Below are positions 9,198-18,141 of a DNA stretch of 64,000 nt, piece after piece. The position numbers and the translations under genes are program-made. The number at the start of each line of letters is the position of its first letter. The stretch's first letter is position 1. The notes under the pieces are model-generated. The model did no database searches, was not told where the DNA came from, and saw only the letters and a list, made by a program, of their open reading frames with translations. This DNA is from Bacteroidales bacterium (GTDB lineage Bacteria > Bacteroidota > Bacteroidia > Bacteroidales > P3), in the NCBI GenBank assembly GCA_009783885.1, contig WRCN01000007.1, forward strand, positions 16,953 through 80,952. Direction: 5' to 3'.

Positions 9198-9691
9198 GTG
9201 CGGAAGAATTCAAACAATTATATTATCCTTTTCATCCAAAACTTTACCGAGTTGCTTTTGCTCTACTAAACAATGCAGATGATGCAAACGACATTCTTCA
9301 AGACACTTATTGCAAACTGTGGAGTAAACGAAAGGAATTAGCCGATATTCTTCAACCGGAAGCATTTTGTGTCAGATTAGTAAAAAATCTTTGCTTGGAT
9401 TTTCTGCGGCTGCCAAGAAATCGGCAGAATAACGAGCCGCCGGAATTAATACAAATAACCGCAGACACAACGCCCGAAAAAGAATTGGAAAGTAAAGAAA
9501 GAATTCAGCAAATAGGAGCGATGATTGGCCGGCTTCCCGAAAAACAGCGCATAGTGATGCAAATGAAAAGTTGTGGCAACTGTTCGCTCAAAGACATAGA
9601 AATCGCAATGGGCGAAAGCGCGGAAAATGTACGAATGTTACTTTCGAGAGGGCGAAAAACGTTGAAAAGTATGCTCTCAAACAGAATTTAA
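9194..9691 (+). CDS. ECF-type RNA polymerase sigma-70 factor
   Basis: 165 aa with region 2 (DDANDILQDTYCKLW) and a region 4 HTH (LPEKQRIVMQMK...SLKDIEIAMGESAENVRMLLSRGRKTL). It has a 4-nt ATGA overlap with the upstream gene. Confidence 0.85.
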   Translation: MSAEEFKQLYYPFHPKLYRVAFALLNNADDANDILQDTYCKLWSKRKELADILQPEAFCVRLVKNLCLDFLRLPRNRQNNEPPELIQITADTTPEKELESKERIQQIGAMIGRLPEKQRIVMQMKSCGNCSLKDIEIAMGESAENVRMLLSRGRKTLKSMLSNRI

Positions 9692-9704
9692 AAAAAATAC
9701 CAAA

Positions 9705-10196
9705 ATGAATATCGAACACTTATTAAATAAATTTTACGAAGGAAATTCTACTTCGGAAGAAGAACGCTTTTTAACAGAATATTTTCTAAACGAAGAAAAT
9801 GTAGAAGAGCGTTGGAAAGAAGACCGGCAGTTGTTTCGTGCTTTGCACGATATGCAGATTGAAGTTCCGGCGAATGTTTCCAACCGGTTGGAAAAAACCA
9901 TAATGCAATTCGATGTTTCGCAGAAAATCCAACCTCGCAAACAAACATTATATTATTGGATAAGCGGTGCGGCAGCCGTTGTGTTGCTGTGCGTCGGACT
10001 GCATTTTTTTACCGCACAGCCATCGCCTCAGTTTATGCTGACAGATACTTTCAGCACACCGGAAGAAGCCACATTGGTGGTAGAACAAACATTAGTCTTT
10101 ATATCCACTAAATTGAATAAAGGGTTGGACATAGCGGCTGATGCCGGACAGGAATTTGAAAAATTAAACCAATTATTAAATAAACATTTTAATTAA
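9705..10196 (+). CDS. Putative anti-sigma factor, single-pass membrane protein
   Basis: It lies immediately downstream of the ECF sigma gene and has one central TM helix (LYYWISGAAAVVLLCVGLHFF). The call rests on position and topology only. Confidence 0.45.
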   Translation: MNIEHLLNKFYEGNSTSEEERFLTEYFLNEENVEERWKEDRQLFRALHDMQIEVPANVSNRLEKTIMQFDVSQKIQPRKQTLYYWISGAAAVVLLCVGLHFFTAQPSPQFMLTDTFSTPEEATLVVEQTLVFISTKLNKGLDIAADAGQEFEKLNQLLNKHFN

Positions 10197-10202
10197 AAAA
10201 GT

Positions 10203-10676
10203 ATGAAAACAAAATGTATTTTTATAAGCCTTTGCTTATTTTTTGCAAGTGCAGGATTTGCACAAAATAAACCGTTTCAAAAGTATGCCGAAATGGACGA
10301 TGTAACTTCGGTTTTTATCTCAAGAGCAATGCTCGGATTGATAGGCAATATGGGCAATGTTAGCGGCATAGACAAAGCCGGAGTAAACATTTCGAAGATG
10401 ATAAACCGCATCGAGTCGTTGCAAATTCTTTCTTCCGACAAGCCAGCAAGAGCAGCGCAAATGAAAAGAGATTTTTCTCATTTTACATCTGCTAATTATC
10501 AAGAATTGATGCGTGTAGCAGATGGAACAAGCCGTGTTAATTTTTATTCCAATATGCAAAACAACCGAATAAAAGAACTGATTATGCTGATAGAGGACGA
10601 AGGCGAATTCACGGTTATTCTGCTTGTTGGCGATTTTTCCTTGCAGGATATTCAACAAATCACAAATCAAAATTAA
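10203..10676 (+). CDS. DUF4252-like secreted protein
   Basis: Signal peptide MKTKCIFISLCLFFASAGFAQ. It has the same architecture as the 8700-9197 product. Confidence 0.6.
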   Translation: MKTKCIFISLCLFFASAGFAQNKPFQKYAEMDDVTSVFISRAMLGLIGNMGNVSGIDKAGVNISKMINRIESLQILSSDKPARAAQMKRDFSHFTSANYQELMRVADGTSRVNFYSNMQNNRIKELIMLIEDEGEFTVILLVGDFSLQDIQQITNQN

Positions 10677-10700
10677 ACGTACACATAGTATGTTTTTTTG

Positions 10701-10708
10701 CAAAGGTA
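10701..10708 (-). promoter_or_regulatory. Orphan promoter-like box (TACCTTTG on minus strand) pointing antisense into the DUF4252 gene
   Basis: The minus strand reads TTGTACCTTTGCAAAAAAAC. No credible minus-strand gene lies downstream. Confidence 0.3.
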
Positions 10709-10760
10709 CAATTTTTTTTGATATTTATAGCAAAAAATTGTCCAAATAAAATAAAATTCG

Positions 10761-10768
10761 TACCTTTG
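10761..10768 (+). promoter_or_regulatory. -7 promoter box TACCTTTG
   Basis: TTCGTACCTTTGCAAAAATG. Only 5 nt separate the box from the U32 ATG at 10774. Confidence 0.55.
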
Positions 10769-10773
10769 CAAAA

Positions 10774-12588
10774 ATGAAACACCTCGAACTTCTTGCTCCT
10801 GCGAAAAACCTGCAACAAGGCAAATCCGCTATAAACTATGGTGCAGACGCTGTTTATGTGGGTGCGCCGATGTTTAGTGCGCGTGCAAGTGTTGGCGTGA
10901 GTGTGGACGATATTGCAGAGTTAGTGCAGTTCGCACATCGTTACAATGCTAAAGTTTTTTCGGCTTTGAACACGATTTTATTCGATGATGAATTGGAAAA
11001 AGCGCAACAAATTATTCATCAACTTTACAATGTTGGTGTTGATGCGCTGATAATTCAAGATATGGGAATTTTGGAAATGGATTTGCCTCCAATTTCTCTA
11101 CATGCCAGCACACAAGCCAATAATAGAGATTTAGCACATATTCAATTTTTAGAAAAAGTTGGTTTCGATCGCGTGATTTTAGCACGAGAATTAGATTTGA
11201 AAACCATTCAAACCATTCATCAAAACACAACCATCGGGCTTGAAGCCTTTGTGCATGGCGCGTTGTGCGTGTGTTACAGTGGACAGTGCTACATGAGTTT
11301 TGAAGCTACCAAACGCAGCGCCAATCGTGGCGAATGTGCGCAATTTTGCAGATTACCTTACACGTTGAAAGATGAAAACGGAAAGCTAATTTTCAGAGAT
11401 AAACATTTACTTTCGCCCAAAGATTTGAATTTGTCAAATCGCTTAAAAGAATTGATTGACGCTGGAATTACGTCTTTCAAAATCGAAGGACGATTGAAAG
11501 ATGAAACGTATATCAAAAACGTGGTTTCGTATTACCGAAACGCATTGGATAAAATTATTTCTCAACGTTCGGATTGCAAAAAATCATCATTCGGTTCAAC
11601 CGAAATTTCCTTCATCCCGAATTTGGAAAAGTCCTTTAATAGAGGCTTTACAGACTATTTTTTGAACGGAAAACCAACTTCGCTTTGCTCTATGGATACA
11701 CCCAAATCCAAAGGTGAATATTTGGGAAAGATATCAAAGATTGAAAAACACTATTTTGAAATTGACAACAAAACAGTTCAATTTCAAAACGGCGACGGTT
11801 TGTGCTTTCTCAACAAAGACAACGTTTTTACAGGATTGAACATTAATAAAATCGAAGACTCAAAAATTTTCCCAAACCAGTTTAACGGTTTAACTATCGG
11901 CACAACGATTTATCGAAATTTCGACACTGCTTTCGAAAAACAAGTTAAAAACGACGCTTCAATTCGACAAATGAAGGTTGAAATTTCCATTCAAGAAACT
12001 GACGAGCATTTAGAATTATCAGGCATGTTAGAAAATGGATTGCAACATTCCAAATCCATTCCGAAAAGCAACGAACGTGCAAATGATTTGCAAAAAAATA
12101 TTGAAACCATTCGCAAACAATTGGAAAAATCAGGTGGAACGATTTTTAATGTATCTTTGAAATTCCCTGAGAAATCAGGAATTTCAGGTTATTATCCTAT
12201 TTCTGTTTTGAATCAATTGCGACGGGAATTTTTGGATGAATTGTTAGAAATAAATGGACGACAACGTAGAGACACACGGCCGTGTGTCTCTACACACCCT
12301 GTTTATCCACAAAAATCATTAACCTACAAACACAATGTCTCAAACCGATTAGCCAAACAATTCTACCAAAAATGCGGTGTTCAAACCATCGAACCTGCGT
12401 TTGAACTCAATCCAAAACCAAATGCAGACTTAATGGTTACAAAATATTGCTTAAATCACGAACTTAGCAGATGCCAAAAAAATGGCACGGATTGCAAATC
12501 CGCGCCAACGACACTAATCACATCCAACAACGAATATACGCTACATTTCGATTGTGAAAATTGCGAAATGATAATTAAACGAGCATAG
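10774..12588 (+). CDS. Peptidase U32 family protein (collagenase-like / YhbU-YegQ type)
   Basis: The N-terminus MKHLELLAPAKNLQQGKSAINYGADAVYVGAPMFSARA and the ExxxHGALCxxYSGxC region are characteristic of U32 proteins. 604 aa. Confidence 0.8.
   Translation: MKHLELLAPAKNLQQGKSAINYGADAVYVGAPMFSARASVGVSVDDIAELVQFAHRYNAKVFSALNTILFDDELEKAQQIIHQLYNVGVDALIIQDMGILEMDLPPISLHASTQANNRDLAHIQFLEKVGFDRVILARELDLKTIQTIHQNTTIGLEAFVHGALCVCYSGQCYMSFEATKRSANRGECAQFCRLPYTLKDENGKLIFRDKHLLSPKDLNLSNRLKELIDAGITSFKIEGRLKDETYIKNVVSYYRNALDKIISQRSDCKKSSFGSTEISFIPNLEKSFNRGFTDYFLNGKPTSLCSMDTPKSKGEYLGKISKIEKHYFEIDNKTVQFQNGDGLCFLNKDNVFTGLNINKIEDSKIFPNQFNGLTIGTTIYRNFDTAFEKQVKNDASIRQMKVEISIQETDEHLELSGMLENGLQHSKSIPKSNERANDLQKNIETIRKQLEKSGGTIFNVSLKFPEKSGISGYYPISVLNQLRREFLDELLEINGRQRRDTRPCVSTHPVYPQKSLTYKHNVSNRLAKQFYQKCGVQTIEPAFELNPKPNADLMVTKYCLNHELSRCQKNGTDCKSAPTTLITSNNEYTLHFDCENCEMIIKRA
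12266..12293. repeat. Perfect 28-bp palindrome, GTAG-headed REP-like, inside the U32 coding frame
   Basis: GTAGAGACACACGG/CCGTGTGTCTCTAC. It is translated as RRDTRPCVSTH without breaking the ORF. Confidence 0.85.
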
Positions 12589-12591
12589 CAA

Positions 12592-12644
12592 GGGGATTCC
12601 TCGACGGAGTTTATCCTGAGCATAGTCGAAGGGCTCGGAATGAC
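12592..12644. repeat. GAGCG-core unit with a second unit nested in its core
   Basis: GGGGATTCC-TCGAC[ggagtttat CCT-GAGCATAGTCGA-AGG g]CTC-GGAATGAC. It begins 4 nt after the U32 stop. Confidence 0.75.
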
Positions 12645-12652
12645 GGGTATAA

Positions 12653-13813
12653 TTACACAAACCGCGCTAACGCTGCCACCCACCGATCGGGTAATTCATT
12701 GCGCATGGCTTGCTCATAATCGGCATAACTGCAAGGCAACATGTAATGCGCTTGAAACTTGGCTTTATCTTCGTGTCCTGGGATTTCCATCCACCAACGG
12801 TCTGTAGTTTTACTTTTGTAGAACACAATTTCTTGATCATGTTCGTCTACCGAAACAATGAATTTTGTTAATTTTTCCTTGTCTTTGTAAGGGTATTCGT
12901 GCTTGCGCTGATAAAATCCTTCAACGAAGCACCAGAGCATAATTCCGATTAATTGCGCTGTTTGCCCGTCAATATCGAAACTCGGATTGTATTCGTAAAA
13001 ACCAATCGCTCGCATTTTTTCGCTCATCCCCGCATAACGCATAATTTGTGAAGCCTCCTCGCCGAAAAGCCCTGTAACAAAAGCGTTTGGATTACCCGGA
13101 GCATCGTTTTTACGAATAGCAGAAATATCCACGCTCATCACATCTGCATTGCGAACAACAGGTTCAATATTGTGAATATCCTGACGGAGAACGCCTAAAC
13201 GATACGCATCAAAATTCAAATTTTTCATCAACTGAATAGCATGTTTGTCTACCAAATAGGTTTGGAAACCCGCGTTGGAGTATGTAAATAAGTAATTCGG
13301 CTGACTCACAATAATTTTGCTGAGATAAGAGCGAGAGGTAATTTCATGTTCGGGATCACCTAAATCAAAACGGTTGTCCAATGCAAAAAGATTGATGATT
13401 TGCTTGCGATGAGCAAAGGCATTATAAGTTGCGATGGTCAAATCCTGACTGCCTCCGAGTATAATCGGCAGAATATTCGCGTCAAGCAAACGCCCAACAA
13501 TATCAGCCAATGCAGCATAGGTATCTTTTGGTGTTTGACCGATTTTTAAGTTTCCAAGGTCGACAATTTTGTGTTTAAATTCGCCTTGATGAAGAGCGTA
13601 AAAATATTCGCGAATGATATCGGGCGCTTGTTCGCACTTAGCGTTATTCCAAGCATTTCGAAATTCGGGCACGCCAATAATGGCCATGTCCACATCGTCC
13701 AACTCCGGAAATTTGTCTGTTTCGGAATATACGCGAACATCCTGTATCATCAACATTTGCGACTGGTCGTCAATTGCAATTAAAGTCGGTTCTAAGTAAG
13801 TTTGTAAATCCAT
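12653..13813 (-). CDS. Arginase/formimidoylglutamase-fold protein with divergent metal-binding motifs
   Basis: 386 aa with ureohydrolase-like blocks: AIIGVPEF, DLGNL, PIILGGSQD (in place of GGDHS), ALDNRFDLG (in place of DAHxD), SVDISAIRKNDAPG (in place of SxDxDxxDP) and EYNPSFD. Confidence 0.7.
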   Translation of the reverse strand: MDLQTYLEPTLIAIDDQSQMLMIQDVRVYSETDKFPELDDVDMAIIGVPEFRNAWNNAKCEQAPDIIREYFYALHQGEFKHKIVDLGNLKIGQTPKDTYAALADIVGRLLDANILPIILGGSQDLTIATYNAFAHRKQIINLFALDNRFDLGDPEHEITSRSYLSKIIVSQPNYLFTYSNAGFQTYLVDKHAIQLMKNLNFDAYRLGVLRQDIHNIEPVVRNADVMSVDISAIRKNDAPGNPNAFVTGLFGEEASQIMRYAGMSEKMRAIGFYEYNPSFDIDGQTAQLIGIMLWCFVEGFYQRKHEYPYKDKEKLTKFIVSVDEHDQEIVFYKSKTTDRWWMEIPGHEDKAKFQAHYMLPCSYADYEQAMRNELPDRWVAALARFV

Positions 13814-13820
13814 AGTGGTG

Positions 13821-13828
13821 CAAAGATA
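13821..13828 (-). promoter_or_regulatory. -7 promoter box (TATCTTTG on minus strand)
   Basis: The minus strand reads TTTTCGTATCTTTGCACCACTATG. 7 nt separate the box from the ATG at 13813. Confidence 0.55.
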
Positions 13829-13835
13829 CGAAAAA

Positions 13836-13860
13836 ATTACGAATTATCAATTACGAATTT
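13836..13860. repeat. 7-nt tandem repeat array (ACGAATT/ATCAATT) between divergent promoters
   Basis: ATTACGAATTATCAATTACGAATTT. Almost the same string recurs at 29815-29842. Confidence 0.75.
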
Positions 13861-13897
13861 ACCCTCATTCTCCATTTTTAATTCTCAATTATTTTCG

Positions 13898-13905
13898 TAT
13901 CTTTG
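13898..13905 (+). promoter_or_regulatory. -7 promoter box TATCTTTG
   Basis: CATTCTC-CATTTTT-AATTCTC-AATTATT-TTCGTATCTTTGCAAAA, upstream of the rhodanese gene. Confidence 0.55.
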
Positions 13906-13946
13906 CAAAAAATACAATAAACAAGTATACCTTACCATCCATTCGT

Positions 13947-14333
13947 ATGAAAAAAATAATTGTTACCTTCGTTTTTATTTTGCTTTGCTTTTGTGCTTTT
14001 GCGCAACTACAAACCATTTCTGTTAACGAATTTGAAAAACAACTTATCAATTCAAAAGGCGAACAATTAATTGATGTTCGAACACCTCAGGAATACGAAA
14101 GATACCGAATTCCTGGCGCAAAAAATATTAATTTTAGAAGTCCTGAATTTCGAAAACAAATAGAACACCTTGACAAAAACAAATCTGTTTTGATTTATTG
14201 TTTAGCAGGTCCTCGTAGCAAATCTGCAATGGAAATTTTTCGACAAGCCGGCTTCAAAACGGTTTATGAACTCAATGGTGGTGTAAATGCCTGGTTAAGA
14301 GCTGGAAAAGACATTGAACAAGACAGCAAATAG
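13947..14333 (+). CDS. Rhodanese-like sulfurtransferase domain protein, secreted
   Basis: Signal peptide MKKIIVTFVFILLCFCAFAQ. It has an active-site loop CLAGPRS and ends with the GGVNAW motif. The ORF-track start at 13815 runs through the promoter and repeats. Confidence 0.8.
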   Translation: MKKIIVTFVFILLCFCAFAQLQTISVNEFEKQLINSKGEQLIDVRTPQEYERYRIPGAKNINFRSPEFRKQIEHLDKNKSVLIYCLAGPRSKSAMEIFRQAGFKTVYELNGGVNAWLRAGKDIEQDSK

Positions 14334-14371
14334 AGATAAATTGATGGAACGCGATTACGCTGATGAAGAAT

Positions 14372-14407
14372 GTAGTCTCATAGGGTCGAGGCATGTCTCG
14401 ACCCTAC
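14372..14407. terminator. GTAG/CTAC-bounded REP-like hairpin between convergent genes (bidirectional terminator candidate)
   Basis: GTAGTCTCA-TAGGGTCGAG-GCATGT-CTCGACCCTA-C with a 10-bp perfect stem. It sits between the stops at 14333 and 14413. Confidence 0.6.
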
Positions 14408-14412
14408 ATGAA

Positions 14413-15297
14413 TTATTTCACACCCACAATTTCAATATCAAAAACCAACGGCGAAAACGCAGGAATTGGCCCATGTGGACGCGATCCGTAAGCCATGTTT
14501 GACGGGATAATCAACGTTGCTTTGGTACCAACTCGCATACCTACAACAGCATTGTCCAAACCGGGAATCATTCGTCCGGCACCAACCAAAAATTCGAGTG
14601 GCTCAAACGAAAAACGTGGAATGTCATTCTCTTTTGCAATGGTTTCAAAACTTGTATCAAACACTGTTCCATCCAACAAACTTCCGGTGTAATTTAGGCT
14701 AATCGTTTTCCCTTGGGCAGCAACAGCACCAGTTCCTCTCGTTTTGATAATCACATACACACCATCAGCATTGGGTTTCACAGTGATCCCTTTTTCAGAA
14801 ATATAAGCCTGTAATCTCGCAGCTTCTTCAAGTTCACCTGCGATTTGATCAGCTTCCATTTTAGCTTGGAACTCTTCTAGAGTGTAAATTCCGTGAACTT
14901 TGATGGTATAGAACACGTGTGTTGCATCTTCTTCAGGCACAGTAGGATCGTATTTTCTCATCTCATTGAGGTTAAACGCAAACGTTACGCTATCACCTGT
15001 TCCAATCATTTGAAGGGCTTCCATCAAATCTCCGGGATGTTGTGGCTCCATGACTTGGAACATCGGTTCGGGAGACCCAGCATTGGTATATTCCAATTCT
15101 TCACCTAAATACATCCAAATTTCTGCAATAATGATGTCGTCGAGTTGTGCTCTCGGGCTATCGGTTTTAATGTGAAATTTATAATTCAATCCGCTTTCAG
15201 TACGTTTGAATCCTTTGAGTTTACCTCCTCTTCCGCAAGAGGTCAAAATGCTTGCTGTCATGAGCAAAGCAGCTGCTACAAATAAAATTTTTCTCAT
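14413..15297 (-). CDS. FKBP-type peptidyl-prolyl cis-trans isomerase, lipoprotein
   Basis: C-terminal FKBP domain (GKTISLNYTGSLLDGTVFDTSF...FLVGAGRMIPGLDNAVVGMRVGTKATLIIPSNMAYG). Lipoprotein signal MRKILFVAAALLMTASILTSC. The start was trimmed to 15297 because the longer ORF overlaps the upstream gene. Confidence 0.8.
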   Translation of the reverse strand: MRKILFVAAALLMTASILTSCGRGGKLKGFKRTESGLNYKFHIKTDSPRAQLDDIIIAEIWMYLGEELEYTNAGSPEPMFQVMEPQHPGDLMEALQMIGTGDSVTFAFNLNEMRKYDPTVPEEDATHVFYTIKVHGIYTLEEFQAKMEADQIAGELEEAARLQAYISEKGITVKPNADGVYVIIKTRGTGAVAAQGKTISLNYTGSLLDGTVFDTSFETIAKENDIPRFSFEPLEFLVGAGRMIPGLDNAVVGMRVGTKATLIIPSNMAYGSRPHGPIPAFSPLVFDIEIVGVK

Positions 15298-15319
15298 TTG
15301 GTTTAATGTTTGATAGTGG

Positions 15320-16339
15320 TTAAAAGTTGTTTTTTTGTTTAAATTCGGATAATAATTTTTCAAATTTTTGTATGGTTTCTTGTATATTTTCAAACGAATT
15401 TCCACCGGAAGCATTGCGATGCCCACCGCCATTGAAGTATGTTTTGGCAAATTCGTTGCAATCAATATCGCCTTGAGAACGGAATGAAATTCGAATGCGA
15501 TTTTCTCGTTCGATAAAAAACGCAGCAAATTTTATGTCCTTTATCGAAAGTGCATAATTTACAACACCTTCCGTATCGCCCGGAACATAGCGAAAATCGC
15601 GCAAATCTTCTTTGGTAAGATACATGTAAGCCGTTGCTAATTCAGGAAAGACGGTCAATCGGTTAGTTAAACAATGTCCCAACAATCTCATTCTATCTTC
15701 CGAAAATGTATTGTAAACTTCCTCATGAATACGGCGTGTATCAATTCCAAAATCAATCAATTTTGCAACGATTTCAAAGGTTCTTTTATGATTGCACGAA
15801 TAGCTGAATGAACCGGTATCTGTCATAATTCCCGCGTAAATTGCTTCCGCAGCAGCAGTATCTACAGGTTTTTCAGGAGTTAGTCGCGTTATCAATTCAA
15901 AGAGCAGTTCGGCTGTTGAGGAACTTTCAGTGTTTGAAAAAATCAAATCAAATTGTTCAACATCCGGCTCAATATGATGATCAACCAAAACTTTTATTGC
16001 TTCCGATTTTCGAACACTATCCTCAAGTTTATCAATTCTCGAAAGCGACTGAAAATCATTACAAATCAACAAATTTGCATGGGTGATAAACGCCTCTGCT
16101 TTTTCCATATTTTGATTGGCAAGCAACGCCGTTTCCGAGCCTTTAATCCACTTGAGATTTTGTGGAAAATCGTTGGGAAGAATAATTTGCGAATCTTTTC
16201 CCAAACTCTGCAAGTAATTGTACCACGCTACACTCGAACCTATCGCATCCCCATCGGGGTTGTAATGTGTCAAAATCACAATACGTTCCGATTGTTCAAT
16301 CAGGCTTTTAAGTTTAGGTATGTGCTGAAAAATATCCAT
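15320..16339 (-). CDS. DHH/DHHA1 family phosphoesterase (NrnA-like oligoribonuclease / pAp phosphatase)
   Basis: Motifs HYNPDGDAIGS, LVDHH and GGGHRNASGG. 339 aa. Confidence 0.8.
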   Translation of the reverse strand: MDIFQHIPKLKSLIEQSERIVILTHYNPDGDAIGSSVAWYNYLQSLGKDSQIILPNDFPQNLKWIKGSETALLANQNMEKAEAFITHANLLICNDFQSLSRIDKLEDSVRKSEAIKVLVDHHIEPDVEQFDLIFSNTESSSTAELLFELITRLTPEKPVDTAAAEAIYAGIMTDTGSFSYSCNHKRTFEIVAKLIDFGIDTRRIHEEVYNTFSEDRMRLLGHCLTNRLTVFPELATAYMYLTKEDLRDFRYVPGDTEGVVNYALSIKDIKFAAFFIERENRIRISFRSQGDIDCNEFAKTYFNGGGHRNASGGNSFENIQETIQKFEKLLSEFKQKNNF

Positions 16340-16355
16340 GCAAAAAAATATTCGA

Positions 16356-16363
16356 CAAAGGTA
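16356..16363 (-). promoter_or_regulatory. -7 promoter box (TACCTTTG on minus strand)
   Basis: The minus strand reads CCGTACCTTTGTCGAATATTTTTTTGCATG, upstream of the DHH gene start at 16339. Confidence 0.5.
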
Positions 16364-16372
16364 CGGAAAAAA

Positions 16373-17248
16373 TCAGATATGAACAAATAATTTTAATAAT
16401 TTATTCAACAAAGCCATCTTTCCTTCATCGCCTTTGCGAATATAGGCTTGATGAATAAACCATAACCATCGGCGTGCAATATCTGTATTGGAACAAGGTG
16501 TGATGTCGGCTACATTCAGTTCCACGCCTGCGTTTGCGAAAAATTCAAGCAGATTGGGCAAAGAAAATTTTGCTGCGTTTTTATCACGCTTATTTGGTAG
16601 AATTTTGTATGGATTTAAGTAGAACAAAACATCATCAATCTCTTTATTTTCCAAAGAGTCCGTATACGCCAATATAAAATTTGAAAGCAATTTCACACCC
16701 CAAAACGAGATTTTTTGAGATTGAGCCAGATATAGATACAACAATCCCAATGTGGTGTCATTTCCTCTTTTACTTTTCAAGAGACTATAAATAAAGTAAT
16801 TTGACAGCGCATAAGGCTCTTTTTCATCTGCCGTAAATTCATGTTTGGTATAAAAAATTCGATCAATGATGTTAATTTGCTCCAAAATAGTTTGATTCTC
16901 ATTCAATTCAAGCCAAATATCCATTTTGATTTGAGCAATGATTTCGATAATGTTTTGTTTAGAAAAATTAAAATCACGAATTTGTTCTACCAAAATCATC
17001 AATTCCAATAAGTCCTGCTCTTTGCTGTGTTTCCAATCTTCAAAATTTTGATACAGATTTTCAATTTGAATTTCGTTCAGAATTTCAGAAATTCGTTCAA
17101 CAGAATCCGCGTTTGGAGCAGTAACCAAAGCACTTTCCAAGTTTGGAATAATCATCGGCCCCATAGATAAAATTTCGTTTCGCACTTGCAAAAAAATTTG
17201 TTCGTCGGGATCTTCGATGAGCTTAATTAATGCGGATATTTTGCTCAT
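16373..17248 (-). CDS. Hypothetical protein (weak resemblance to transglutaminase-like/SirB1-type proteins)
   Basis: 291-aa ORF packed tightly between two genes on the same strand. The only hint is the segment RGNDTTLGLLYLYLAQSQKISFWGVKLLSNFILAY. No firm motif was recognised. Confidence 0.5.
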   Translation of the reverse strand: MSKISALIKLIEDPDEQIFLQVRNEILSMGPMIIPNLESALVTAPNADSVERISEILNEIQIENLYQNFEDWKHSKEQDLLELMILVEQIRDFNFSKQNIIEIIAQIKMDIWLELNENQTILEQINIIDRIFYTKHEFTADEKEPYALSNYFIYSLLKSKRGNDTTLGLLYLYLAQSQKISFWGVKLLSNFILAYTDSLENKEIDDVLFYLNPYKILPNKRDKNAAKFSLPNLLEFFANAGVELNVADITPCSNTDIARRWLWFIHQAYIRKGDEGKMALLNKLLKLFVHI

Positions 17249-17250
17249 TA

Positions 17251-18123
17251 TTATATTTCCAAAATTCGGTCTAATAAATTTTCGATGCTGTCTTCCATCG
17301 TTTGTTTGTAGTTTTCCGAGAATTTTTTGGTTACTCGGTTTGCCACAACCAAGCAGGCTGTAAGCGTTTTATGTCCAAGCGATTGTCCAAGTCCGTAAAG
17401 CGCTGAGGTTTCCATTTCGAGATTAGTAATTTTCAAACCATTGTATTCAAACGATTTCATTACATCGTGCATCTGCGGAAACGCCAACGGCAAACGCAAC
17501 ACACGGCCTTGCGGACCATAAAATCCTTGCGCCGTTGCTGTAATTCCTCGGTACATATCGTCTTTGGCAATACGTTCCATCAACTCGTCCGATGCTTTTA
17601 CAAAATACGGTCTCGGCAGTGTTTCCAACCATTTCGCATGATTTAAAAATGCCGTTTCCATAGCGCGATCGCACACATCGTGTTCGGGTTTGTAGAAATT
17701 CATCAAGCCGTCAATTCCAAATCCATACGCCGAAGCAATGAACTTATTGATGTCTATTTCTTCTTGCAATGATCCGCAAGTACCTATTCTAACAAGGGTT
17801 AGCGACGTTTTATCGGGTTTGATTTCTCGTGTTTTCAAGTCGATATTGACCAAAGCGTCCAACTCATTCACAACGATATCTAAATTGTCTGTACCCATTC
17901 CTGTTGACAAAATGGAACAAGGCTTTCCCTTGTAAATACCAGTATGCGTGCATATTTCGCGATTCATTTGTTTGTGTTCAATACGTTCGAAATGTTTCGA
18001 GAACGTGGCTACACGTCCGGGATCGCCAACCAATACAACGGTTTTTGCAAGTTGTTCGGGCAGTAAATGAAGGTGATATACACTGCCATCGGCGTTTTGT
18101 GGAAATTCTGATGCTTGTATCAT
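17251..18123 (-). CDS. Nucleoside phosphorylase (PNP/UDP family 1)
   Basis: About 290 aa with VLVGDPGR, ILSTGMG, RIGTCGS and ETSALY(G) blocks typical of the family. The start was trimmed to the ATG at 18123 because the ORF-track extension enters a repeat. Confidence 0.75.
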   Translation of the reverse strand: MIQASEFPQNADGSVYHLHLLPEQLAKTVVLVGDPGRVATFSKHFERIEHKQMNREICTHTGIYKGKPCSILSTGMGTDNLDIVVNELDALVNIDLKTREIKPDKTSLTLVRIGTCGSLQEEIDINKFIASAYGFGIDGLMNFYKPEHDVCDRAMETAFLNHAKWLETLPRPYFVKASDELMERIAKDDMYRGITATAQGFYGPQGRVLRLPLAFPQMHDVMKSFEYNGLKITNLEMETSALYGLGQSLGHKTLTACLVVANRVTKKFSENYKQTMEDSIENLLDRILEI

Positions 18124-18141
18124 GATTGTTTTTATTAAGTC

